Assembly (NCBI GenBank): GCA_034723395.1 | Contig: JAYEOW010000022.1 | Coordinates: forward strand, 1-15,803 | Direction: 5' to 3' | DNA from: Candidatus Margulisiibacteriota bacterium | GTDB lineage: Bacteria; Margulisbacteria; WOR-1; O2-12-FULL-45-9 | Length of the DNA: 15,803 nt | Notes under the pieces: generated by a model | Database searches by the model: none | What the model was told of the DNA's origin: nothing | What the model saw: the letters and a program-made list of their open reading frames with translations, nothing else | Shown here: one piece after another, positions 1 through 8,900 of the stretch | Layout: the number at the start of each line of letters is the position of its first letter | Numbering within the stretch: position 1 is the stretch's first letter | Translations under genes and position numbers: made by a program

Positions 1-60
1 ACCAAACTTATCAGTCAAAACGTAGAAGCGGTACCCGAAGATCAAAAACCAAGGAGGTGA
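1..60 (+). CDS. 3' end of a gene entering from the left (partial, ...TKLISQNVEAVPEDQKPRR*)
   Basis: Frame open from base 1 to TGA at 58-60, converging on the YibE/F gene. Too short to identify. Confidence 0.4.
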   Translation, partial: TKLISQNVEAVPEDQKPRR

Positions 61-107
61 TTTCGGTTAGGTCTTAGTTGATTTAACGATAACCATTTCG
101 GTTAGGT
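60..107. repeat. 13-bp direct repeat ATTTCGGTTAGGT x2 (60-72, 95-107)
   Basis: Exact copies 35 bp apart in the intergenic gap. Confidence 0.7.
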
Positions 108-155
108 TTTTATATGATTTGACACGGCAAGAATATCAGAAGATAAAACTATTTT

Positions 156-1274
156 TTAATCCAATCTCGCCCGCTTTGAATTCATCAGCGCTGAAACAAA
201 GGCGGTGACCGGGATACACAGCACCAGACCGATGCTTCCGGCCAATGCCCTGACTGCTTCAACCGCTATCATCTCCATATTCAGAATCTTGGAGAAAGAC
301 ATATTGTTCGCAACCAGTAAAAGGAGCAGTGGAAGCGCCGATCCGGTGTAGGCCAGGATCAAAGTATTAGACATTGTCCCCATCACATCTTTACCAACGT
401 TCATCCCGGCATCAAACAGGTTCCTAAAATTAACTTTAGGATGCACTTTATGGACCTCTTCAACCACCGAAGCGATCGACATCCCGACATCCATGATCGC
501 CCCTAACGCGCCAATTAAAATACTTCCGAAGATAAGTCCCTGATAATTAATTTTTAATTCCATCGAATATAAAAGGATCCTCGCCTCCTCCGAACTCAGT
601 CCGCTAAGGTGGACCATATTCCCGACGACATAAGCGAGCAGGCCGGCGATCGCAACTCCGATAATCGTCCCGATCGCCGCCGAAAAGCTCTTTACGCTCC
701 TCCCTCCAATGATCAGAAAAACGATCACCGAAACCGCGCCAGCCAGCAATATTGAGACCAACAACGGATTAAATCCCCATAAGGTCAGAGGGAAGAGGAC
801 CAAAAAGATCAGACAGATAGTAATGATCAAACTAAGGAGGGATTTTAACCCCCTTATCCCGCCGATAACTACTAAGAGGATAGCGTAAAGGAGCGCCAGC
901 AGATAGATCGGAAAATCGCGGGCGTAATCGGCAATACTTATCACCGGGCTTCCGTCTTCACTTTCGGCTTTGGATGGATGCTCGTCGATATAAAGGATCA
1001 CTTTGTCCCCCAGCTTGATCACCATCTGCCCCCCCATCATGCTGGAGGTTATATGCTGGACCTCAACTATTTTATCTTTATATTTGCCCGAGGTTATTTT
1101 TAATATTACATCCTGGCTCTCCCCGCCAGTAATGTCCCGGTCATCAAACGTGTAAACATCCATGACGGTCGCTTTTTCGTAGAGGGGCGGGTGAAGTTCT
1201 TCTGCTGATGCGGAAAATCCAAATAATGAGACCAGAATGATGAATAAAACCCAGATGGCAGATCTCTTAGACAT
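156..1274 (-). CDS. YibE/F family integral membrane protein
   Basis: Family-typical motifs [73 protein letters not shown]. Multiple TM segments. Likely start is ATG 1274 (MSKRSAIW, signal-like), overlapping the pdaD stop by 8 nt. Confidence 0.9.
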   Translation of the reverse strand: MSKRSAIWVLFIILVSLFGFSASAEELHPPLYEKATVMDVYTFDDRDITGGESQDVILKITSGKYKDKIVEVQHITSSMMGGQMVIKLGDKVILYIDEHPSKAESEDGSPVISIADYARDFPIYLLALLYAILLVVIGGIRGLKSLLSLIITICLIFLVLFPLTLWGFNPLLVSILLAGAVSVIVFLIIGGRSVKSFSAAIGTIIGVAIAGLLAYVVGNMVHLSGLSSEEARILLYSMELKINYQGLIFGSILIGALGAIMDVGMSIASVVEEVHKVHPKVNFRNLFDAGMNVGKDVMGTMSNTLILAYTGSALPLLLLLVANNMSFSKILNMEMIAVEAVRALAGSIGLVLCIPVTAFVSALMNSKRARLD

Positions 1275-1833
1275 TATTGTCCTGGTCAAGTAAAAGTACC
1301 GCGGCGGCAATTACTGTCGTAAATACCCCCCTCTGCCCGATCGCGCTCTGGGTGATGTTCGTGGTCTTAACGATATCGTTGGATAATTTCCATTGCTCCT
1401 GGCGTTCGTCCCAGCTCGAAGCCTCATCAAAGGGAATTCCCAGCGTCGTAGCCAGCATCTGCGCGGCAATATCTTCCGCGTAATCCCCCGCCTCTTCATC
1501 GGTCGCACCATAGGCATGATGCTCGCTCAGGTAGCCGTATGATTTTTGGTCGGCGGGGATCGCCATCCCCACGGAGGCGGAGATAAGCCGATGGGTTTCA
1601 TCGGTATGGTTACGCGCCATAACAATAAAGGTGATTTCACCCGGTTTAATTAATTTTACCCCCTGCTCTTTTGAGATCTGTTTACATCCGGGAGGAAAGA
1701 TCGAAGATACCTGGACATAGTTGACTGCATGGATCCCGGCATCGCGCAGCGCCATCTCGAAACTTGCTAATTTCTCTTTATGGCGCCCGACCCCTCTGGT
1801 TAAAAATATCTTATTCGGTACCAATAAGCTCAT
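1267..1833 (-). CDS. pdaD: Pyruvoyl-dependent arginine decarboxylase
   Basis: [24 protein letters not shown] self-cleavage motif, [24 protein letters not shown]-terminal TTVIAAAV. Confidence 0.92.
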   Translation of the reverse strand: MSLLVPNKIFLTRGVGRHKEKLASFEMALRDAGIHAVNYVQVSSIFPPGCKQISKEQGVKLIKPGEITFIVMARNHTDETHRLISASVGMAIPADQKSYGYLSEHHAYGATDEEAGDYAEDIAAQMLATTLGIPFDEASSWDERQEQWKLSNDIVKTTNITQSAIGQRGVFTTVIAAAVLLLDQDNNV

Positions 1834-1842
1834 ATTATTATT

Positions 1843-2058
1843 TTAATGCATAAGCTTTAAAAAATCCAGCTTTTTAAGCCATCTAAATACCCACCCTTTT
1901 TTCCCACCGCCGCCAATTCCAAAGCCTCTCCCCATCCTGCCTATGCGAGACGGAGTCCCGTATAAGAATGGACGATAGTAAGTTGCCATATCGACCGGGT
2001 GATCATTTTTATCGATCGCTCCCGGGCGCACACATGTCCCGATCTCTCTTGGTGTCAT
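1843..2058 (-). CDS. Small Gly/Arg-rich protein, DUF5320-like
   Basis: GRMGRGFGIGGGGKKGWVFRW segment. SD AAGGAGG upstream. ATG directly follows the TAA of the upstream ORF. DUF134 context. Confidence 0.55.
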   Translation of the reverse strand: MTPREIGTCVRPGAIDKNDHPVDMATYYRPFLYGTPSRIGRMGRGFGIGGGGKKGWVFRWLKKLDFLKLMH

Positions 2059-2301
2059 TTATTTCCCCTCCTTTATCATACGTTCCAGATCTTCGATCCT
2101 CGACTCGATATCCTCTTTTTCCGCCCTTAAAATCCTGATCTCCTCTTTCACGTCCTCTTCGGTCGGATCGTAAGGGAACGGCCCCGAATCCTGCACCCCC
2201 CACATCCAGGGAGGAGGCTCCCAGCTTTTCGTCCTTTTTCTCCCCCCTCCCGTTTCCGGTCCCGGCCCTTTTAAATGCTCCCTCCTAAAGAAAAAATTCA
2301 T
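2059..2301 (-). CDS. DUF5320-like small protein with C-terminal coiled coil
   Basis: GPGPETGGGR motif and EEIRILRAEKEDIESRIEDLE coiled coil. ATGA overlap with the DUF134 stop. Confidence 0.65.
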   Translation of the reverse strand: MNFFFRREHLKGPGPETGGGRKRTKSWEPPPWMWGVQDSGPFPYDPTEEDVKEEIRILRAEKEDIESRIEDLERMIKEGK

Positions 2302-2615
2302 CGTTTTTTTCCCCCTTTCTTAAATGAGATATATTTTGGATAGGTTATCTGGATGCCGTAACCTTTGATCAGCGCTCCGACCACTTTGAATCTCCCTGAA
2401 TTCAGTAATCTTTCGATCGTCCTCCGCGACACCCCCACCTTTTTAGCGGCATCTTCGTGGTCGAGGTCGTCCACGTCACAAAGGCGCATCGCCTCGAGCT
2501 CATCAATTTTCAAATTGGCGATTTTATTTTTGGACGGACTCATCCCCTGGGGCTTAAAAAAGTAATCCCGAAAGAGCGTGCTGCATTTTCTCCATTTGTA
2601 CGGCCTAGCTGCCAT
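2298..2615 (-). CDS. DUF134 (UPF0251) HTH DNA-binding protein
   Basis: ARPYKWRK, YFFKPQG, LKIDELEAMRLCDVDDLDHEDAAKKVGVSRRTIERLLNSGRFKVVGALIKG follow the family pattern. Confidence 0.9.
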   Translation of the reverse strand: MAARPYKWRKCSTLFRDYFFKPQGMSPSKNKIANLKIDELEAMRLCDVDDLDHEDAAKKVGVSRRTIERLLNSGRFKVVGALIKGYGIQITYPKYISFKKGGKKR

Positions 2616-2618
2616 GAG

Positions 2619-2638
2619 TTACGCCCATAAGGGCATAA
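2619..2638. promoter_or_regulatory. Palindromic operator candidate TTACGCCC-ATAA-GGGCATAA
   Basis: 8-bp arms with 1 mismatch, overlapping the -10 and predicted start site just upstream of an HTH gene. Confidence 0.5.
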
Positions 2639-2663
2639 TATCGGACAAAAAAAATATTGTCAA
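2635..2663 (-). promoter_or_regulatory. sigma70-type promoter of the DUF134-pdaD-yibE/F operon
   Basis: Minus strand TTGACA (2663-2658), N17, TATTAT (2640-2635), ending 19 nt before the DUF134 ATG. Confidence 0.75.
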
Positions 2664-2664
2664 G

Positions 2665-2709
2665 TCCCGGTTACCATATTATAATGCTCCGGGATCCCGC
2701 AAAGCGGGA
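2665..2709. repeat. TCCCG...CGGGA double-hairpin palindromic element, copy 1
   Basis: TCCCGG-ttacCATATTATAATGct-CCGGGA followed by TCCCGC-aaa-GCGGGA. Shares stem ends and a 12-nt loop core with 12639-12699. Confidence 0.7.
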
Positions 2710-2746
2710 GGGATAATTTTACCTTCGTGCTATTTTTAGAACCCCT

Positions 2747-2773
2747 GAAATTTTTAATGATTGTGAACGACAA
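2747..2773 (+). promoter_or_regulatory. sigma28-like promoter of the dGTPase-like gene
   Basis: GAAATTTT-N11-AACGACAA. ATG 5 nt downstream with no SD. Confidence 0.55.
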
Positions 2774-2778
2774 ACAAA

Positions 2779-4062
2779 ATGAGAGCTATGAAAATACATT
2801 GTTATTCCAGGAGTGTAAACAGAGCGCTGGCGCTAAGAGGCAAAACCCGCCTGCTCCGACGCCATGGAATAGCTTTTCCTGCTTCCGGAGTTATAGATCG
2901 TGGGATCATTGAAACTCGCGAACAGATAATGCTTTCCCCTTATGCCGCTCTCAGCTCACAATCCAGGGGTCAAGCCAGGCTTGCGACTGAGGGGTTAGCC
3001 GGCATCGGATCAGTTTTCGAACGCGACCGCTCTAAAATACTCTCTTCATTATTTTTCAGGCGGCTGTCGGGCAAAGCACAGATATTAATTGCTCCTTCCC
3101 AAGAACATGTTACCACGCGACTTTTCCATACTACAAGCGTTACTCAAATCGCCAGGGCTATCGGCCGGACCCTGGGTTTAAACGAAGATTTAATAGAAGC
3201 AATTGCTCTTGGCCATGATCTGGGCCACACCCCATTTGGTCACGCCGGGGAAAGAGCATTAGACAAAATCTCCATGAAAAACCTAAAGACTAATTTTAGG
3301 CACAATCGGCTAAGCCAGTTTATTGCAGATGAGATATTACATTTAAGCTTTGAAGCACAGGATGGGATATTGCGCCACAGCGGAAAGCTCCAGCTTGTTA
3401 ACGCACCTTCCAAAAACGCTGGAACAGGCCTTACAGATGAAAAAATAAATGCCACAACCCTGGAAGGCGTCGTCGTTAAAATTGCGGACAAATTGGCCTC
3501 AGCAGCGCAAGACCTGGCAGATTTGAAAAGTGCGGCAATTTTCAGTGTAAATCTCATGCAAAGAGATGATGGAAATGAGAATCCAACGCATAGAACCCTG
3601 CTTCAACCGATAACAAACATTTTTGGGGAAAACATAGGGAACTGGTACAAAATCCTTATTAATGATGTTATTGAAAACAGTAAAGGAAAAAGGGCTCTTT
3701 GCTTCAGCAAGCCTGTATTTGAAGGGCTTCAAAATTTGATGGCCCTCAACAAAGGAATTATCATCGGCGAATATAAAGGCATTTCTTTTGATGGGGTCAG
3801 TTCGGAGGATGCTAAAGTAGGCGCCATCGTTGACGCACTCCACAGACACTATACCAGGAAATATCTGGATGGTACATTGAGCCCTGGAAATTATTATTTT
3901 AGAGAAAAATGGCAGATAGCAATGACCGCTGAGGAACTGGACAAAACCTACGATCAAGCAGCGATCCATCGGATAGCAGGCATGACCGACAGGATGGCGA
4001 TTGAAGAATATTTAAAACTGCCTGGTTCCGATCCAAAACAGGTCCCTAAATCACCATTGTAA
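2779..4062 (+). CDS. dgt: Divergent dGTP triphosphohydrolase-family HD hydrolase with N-terminal extension
   Basis: FERDRSKIL..FRRLSGKAQI, TRLFH, LNEDLIEAIALGHDLGHTPFGHAGE, TLEGVVVKIAD, IAGMTD motifs. Symbol denotes family only. Confidence 0.85.
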   Translation: MRAMKIHCYSRSVNRALALRGKTRLLRRHGIAFPASGVIDRGIIETREQIMLSPYAALSSQSRGQARLATEGLAGIGSVFERDRSKILSSLFFRRLSGKAQILIAPSQEHVTTRLFHTTSVTQIARAIGRTLGLNEDLIEAIALGHDLGHTPFGHAGERALDKISMKNLKTNFRHNRLSQFIADEILHLSFEAQDGILRHSGKLQLVNAPSKNAGTGLTDEKINATTLEGVVVKIADKLASAAQDLADLKSAAIFSVNLMQRDDGNENPTHRTLLQPITNIFGENIGNWYKILINDVIENSKGKRALCFSKPVFEGLQNLMALNKGIIIGEYKGISFDGVSSEDAKVGAIVDALHRHYTRKYLDGTLSPGNYYFREKWQIAMTAEELDKTYDQAAIHRIAGMTDRMAIEEYLKLPGSDPKQVPKSPL

Positions 4063-4189
4063 TCACAAATCAAAAGTGGTTCTTAAAAAAGTGGGGGGAA
4101 TTATCTGGTTTCGGCCCAGGTAAGATAAAGATCATAAGCCGCCCGATCGACCACTTTTACATAAACCGCTTTCGTTCTCAAAAAATCTT

Positions 4190-4549
4190 TTAAGGCTTGG
4201 AAGCTTCCCTTCTCCGCCAGACCACATTGAATTTATCGCGCTCAACAAAATACCACTCTTCCCCACCGTTCCTTTCATCAATTACTTTATAAAATTCCAG
4301 GTTCTCAGCAGGTATCCCCCGCGAAATTAATACTCCACGCATCGTCTTATCTTCCCCGCGGTCTAATTCTCGTCTCTCCCCCCTAATACCCTTATTCGGA
4401 TCAACCACATATAACATATCTGCCGCGCGGTGCCGGCAGCATCCACCCTCTTCCTGGAAAAATCCAAGGGACAACAACATCCCTTTTTTCCCGTGCCCCT
4501 GCAGATTAGAATAATTTTCATCCAGCATGTCGGCAATTTTTAGCGCCAA
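4190..4549 (-). CDS. Hypothetical protein, possibly the frameshifted C-terminal part of 4579-5151
   Basis: 119-aa ORF with protein-like composition but a TTG start with poor SD. Its frame stays open upstream across the stop of 4579-5151. Confidence 0.45.
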   Translation of the reverse strand: MALKIADMLDENYSNLQGHGKKGMLLSLGFFQEEGGCCRHRAADMLYVVDPNKGIRGERRELDRGEDKTMRGVLISRGIPAENLEFYKVIDERNGGEEWYFVERDKFNVVWRRREASKP

Positions 4550-4578
4550 ACTTTTTTCTTCCCCGGAATGCTTGCCCT

Positions 4579-5151
4579 CTATTTCTCGAGCTCCCTGCCG
4601 TAAGTTTCGGTTTTCCCAAGAACAAATTCATGCCCGGGTAAAATGTCACCGTCTTGTAATCTTTCCGCATTCGGAAGTTCGAAATAATTGATGATATTTA
4701 TATCCTCGGCGGCCACCCGCGCCATCTCGATGGAAATTTGGGAATCCCGCATAGTCTCTCTAATGCCCGCCCTAACGACCTCCGGAGGCGGAGGTTCAAC
4801 CGGACGGCTCGGGGAAGCGGAAGATGCTTCTTCCGCTTTAAGCCTGACCTCAAATGCATCATTGTTTTTAATGATTATAATTCCATAAAGCTCATTACTG
4901 CCAGAAGAAATCCTCGCCCCTCTCATCATGGGGTACCTTCCTGAAAATTCGACCGGCACAACATGAATACTGTGTCGGCCCTGACAATCTTTAAATATGG
5001 AATATTTATATCCACCGGCTAAAAATTCAACTTGATTGCTCTTGGCCGCGAAGTGATAAGTATTCCCTGGATTTAAAACGTAAGGCTTTCGCCGAGGCGA
5101 TAAATAAATATTATTTAATCCGAGATTTGGGATTGGTGTTCTTGGACTCAT
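4579..5151 (-). CDS. Hypothetical protein with basic N-terminus and Ser/Pro linker
   Basis: 190-aa ORF, SD AAGGAGG at 5170-5164. No family recognised. Confidence 0.7.
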   Translation of the reverse strand: MSPRTPIPNLGLNNIYLSPRRKPYVLNPGNTYHFAAKSNQVEFLAGGYKYSIFKDCQGRHSIHVVPVEFSGRYPMMRGARISSGSNELYGIIIIKNNDAFEVRLKAEEASSASPSRPVEPPPPEVVRAGIRETMRDSQISIEMARVAAEDINIINYFELPNAERLQDGDILPGHEFVLGKTETYGRELEK

Positions 5152-5226
5152 TTGCGCTCAGATCCTCCTTAGGGATTCACTGTTAAAAAATGGCAATAAT
5201 TTCACTATTTAACCATAAAATAAAGT

Positions 5227-5253
5227 GAAATTTCATCAAATATACTACGATAT
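5227..5253 (+). promoter_or_regulatory. sigma28-like promoter of 5260-5913
   Basis: GAAATTTC-N11-TACGATAT. ATG 6 nt downstream with no SD. Confidence 0.65.
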
Positions 5254-5259
5254 TAATAT

Positions 5260-5913
5260 ATGAAATTACCAAGGCTGGCCAAACTAGGAGGATGCTACAG
5301 CCCTTACCTCACCAAGGGACGCTTCCGCGTAAGAGAAAAATTCATCCGCATCTATCAACATGAAAACCGCCATGTCCGCTCAAGACTGGTTGCCTGCACG
5401 CCCAAAGCATGGAAAATAATAAAAAACGACAAGGATATCTTAAGGAAATTGCGCGGGAATATAGGCGCTCATAATGATGGAAGAATAAATAAGGCAACCA
5501 TAATCGCCCTGAACAATAAAGGAATTTATATTGATTTTTTATCAAGAAGCAACAAAGGTCTATTTGCTTTGTGCCTGATGGAAGAAAAAGACTCAGAAAT
5601 ATTTTTAGATTGTTTCAAAGAGCTGGAAGAACCGACAAACAGGAATCTTCGGATCTTTGAAAAAACTTCTACTTTAAAATTAAACTTCCAAGACCTCACC
5701 GTGCGTCAACGGAAACAATTACTGGGATTCTTAGCTGATCAAAAGGTAAAACTTGAACAAATACAACAAGTTTTATTGGTTGACGGAGCCGAAATCGAAA
5801 TATTACCTTCGATCAACGGGAAATTGACCATAGCCTTCGGGAGAAATTGTCTTTACGCCGACACCGGATTCATAAACTGGGTCCCTCAAGAATATAAGCC
5901 AATATTATTTTAG
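5260..5913 (+). CDS. Hypothetical protein
   Basis: 217-aa ORF filling the gap. 3' end overlaps the convergent giant ORF by 9 nt. No family recognised. Confidence 0.7.
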   Translation: MKLPRLAKLGGCYSPYLTKGRFRVREKFIRIYQHENRHVRSRLVACTPKAWKIIKNDKDILRKLRGNIGAHNDGRINKATIIALNNKGIYIDFLSRSNKGLFALCLMEEKDSEIFLDCFKELEEPTNRNLRIFEKTSTLKLNFQDLTVRQRKQLLGFLADQKVKLEQIQQVLLVDGAEIEILPSINGKLTIAFGRNCLYADTGFINWVPQEYKPILF

Positions 5914-8900
5914 CCGGTAGGCATAACCATAGTTGACTTTAGCCTGGTTACTTACTGCCACAAGACCGTGAACCCTAGGACCCCTCCCCTGCTCTCCCGC
6001 ATTTTTTACTTTTAAATAATCAGCATAGAACTCCTGCGCGCCGCTTACCCAGCTCCCTTTCGGTTTCTTGGCGATGACAACCGCTACCCTTACCTCTTTA
6101 TAATTTCCGTCCAACATCCGCCCTTCGTAGACCCCTTCTTTTATCTTCCTTCCGGTCAAAGTAACCTGCCCAATCTTTTCACCTTTTCCATGAAGAACAT
6201 TCCATGCTTCTTTAGGGGCCCCTATATGCTTCAAGCTTTGGATCGGGCCCTTTATTCCAACCCCAGTCCCCCCATTACCACTATGCCTTCCCGCTTCAGG
6301 AACGCGATGACCTACTCCATTACTATTATGGAACTCAGTCATACGCATAATTAGTTGAGCTTTAAACCCGGCATCAATTATATAGGCTTTCTGTTTTCCT
6401 TTCGGACCAATAACTAATATAAACTTACTAGCGTTTTGGCCAGGCAGAACAGTAACTTCACCTTTTCTATAATGGTTTTTAAAACTCTTTAACACCTCGC
6501 CTTCCTGCCCAGGCTTAAGTATTACCGCTGTGCCAACTTTTCTCTGATCTGCTCTTCCCGCTGGTTCGGTAATATGCCTTCCTGCGGCTGGAGTAGAAAT
6601 AGGCCTTGGCATACTCCCGATAACATCACCCATCCTGCTCATAAATTCTCCGCGTTGATGGGCGGAAACCCGATATACAATTCGATGATTGTTCTTAAAT
6701 ATAGTGATCCTGTAATGCGTGATCAGTCCGCCGTTGGGAAGAGTTTCCGGTCGAACCTGATGATTGCCATTCAATGAGGCTTTCCTCAATGTTCCACTGT
6801 CAAATACCTGGCCAAAAACCTTTGAATCGCTCCAACCCGAAATATCCAGAGGTTTTTTGTTTGTATTTCTGACTATGCCTTGGATAGAATTCTTCGTATT
6901 CATGGAGACTTTATACTGATACTGTATAGATCTTCCCTTAACATTGTATATAAAAATATAATATTGACCTTTATTGCCGGGAACCGGGGTAAATTTTATC
7001 CGATCGGACTGCGCAAGCTTTACGACGCCTCCTTCCCTTCCAAGGGCAAATAAAACTTCTTTGGTTCTAAGGCCCGAATAATCCCGTTTTTGGACCCTGG
7101 GAACAGCAAGTTTTCCCACTCCACCACTACGATCCGGGCCGCCAGCCAATCTTTTTGCTGAAGGCATACCTTCTCCTGAATCGATTACCGTCTCCTTGGT
7201 AACAAATCTATGCCGTGAAGGGGCTGAAGGAGTTGCTAGAGGAGGCGTTACCCCTCGGTTAGAAATTCCTGGCTCTGCTATAACTGCCCTGCTATCCGGC
7301 TCAGCAACACGTCTTCCAACTCCCGGGATTTCTCCTGAATTCTTATGGATATCAAATTTAATGTTAATTATATATCGCCTAAATAGCCCTCTTACCCCTT
7401 TCGGAATTCTGTATACCTGACCATTTATTGAAACATTGCTCGCGTTCAAAACAAAGACCCCCCCCCGCTTAGTGTGACGATCAACCCTGGTTTTTATGTC
7501 GATAACTTGCTTTAGCAGCGCCAAAGCTTGTTTATTAACGTAAGTATAATAAATCTTGGCAGCCCCACCCTCGGTAGTTCTGGCCTCAACCCTGTAATAA
7601 TCCGAATCGCCCAACCTTACGATCTTCGTCTGATCCGCTCCCCAAACAAGTTTTTGGATGAATATACCAAGTTTCTTTACCCCCAAAGTCTGAGTTTTTG
7701 CCCTATTTTCGGCGGTAAATTTCCCAACCTTTGTGACCTCAGGGCTCCTTACGCTCCCGATCTGTCCTCTCTGATCATAAGCAAACCTCCAGAAAGAACC
7801 TAACCCGACCATTCGTTTAATCGTATCAGCAAGGGATAACGGCTTAAAATGCATCGGCTTATTAACATTGCTGAATATCTGATAACCATTTCCAGCTTTG
7901 CGGATCTGCCAATGGCTGCCCTTGTAATTCACAATCCTTACTTTTATTTGGCCATTACGGGCCTTTGAAACAACTAAGATATCTGCGGTCGCAATATTTT
8001 TTCTTTTACAAAGAGCTAAAGTTTGGGTTATAACATCCGAGGTCAGTTCAACCCCTCGGCTATATACGTATTTAATGCCCAGCGATTTTTTCAGCGCGCT
8101 ATTTTCATCCAATGTGATAACTTTTGCCGGCGTCCTCACAAATCTGGCAAGCCGCGCCATAAAAGTGGAAGAAGGCCCAACATTGATCCCGGCTTCCCTT
8201 AATTGCGATTCGGTCGTTACGGCCTCTGCCGCTAATCTCTTTATACGTCGGTTAAAACGTAGAATTGCTCTATAAGTACTTCCTGGAAGAACGTCTTTTC
8301 TTCTTAAGTTAAGAACGGATCTCTCATATCTATTACTCAACTTGGCAATCTTTTTAAGGAGGTGGACTCTTTGCCCAAATGTTTCCGCCGCGGTGCCTAA
8401 CTTCTGAAGTTTTTCATACAAAGCATTTATCCTCACCTGATATCCCTTTGCAACACCATATAGACGCCTGGTCCTTAAATCCCTTATCCTTGCGCCAACT
8501 TTCAACCTTGCATTACGCAGTGATTTTGCCCCTCTTTTTGCCGCACCACCGGCCAATCCCATTGCGATCGAAAACTGAAGTGCGCTGCCAAACTGGCCTT
8601 TTATATTTTTATAACTAAATATTTGTGAAAGCGATTGATTACTATCCATTACCTGTTTAAAGATCCCCCAAACCGTGAAGAACCCGGTATCAACTACTCC
8701 AAGCCTTAAAAGATTTTTTGAGAACGAAAGCGGTTTCGCCACTAATTGCCCGGCCGTGTTTCTGGCTAATCCGTCTAACTTCAGTTTTCTCAATAATTTA
8801 CCATGGGCATAAAACATTGCCGTGCTCCAGATGGCCGACTTGAAAAAGCCTTCTTTATGTTTTACCCCCATTATCCTGGATTCAAGCTGGCGGTTTATCC

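Noticed and set aside
60..107. Mini CRISPR array
   Set aside because: Only two 13-bp repeats, too short, and no cas genes.
4072..4158. AAAAGTGGT...ACCACTTTT inverted repeat enclosing TTATCT/AGATAA
   Set aside because: Short arms far apart with weak internal pairing. It might aid termination between convergent genes but cannot be supported.
5870..5910. Frameshifted continuation of the kinase-like tail (LAYILEGPSL* in another minus frame)
   Set aside because: Stops immediately, lies antisense within 5260-5913, and no C-lobe motifs follow.
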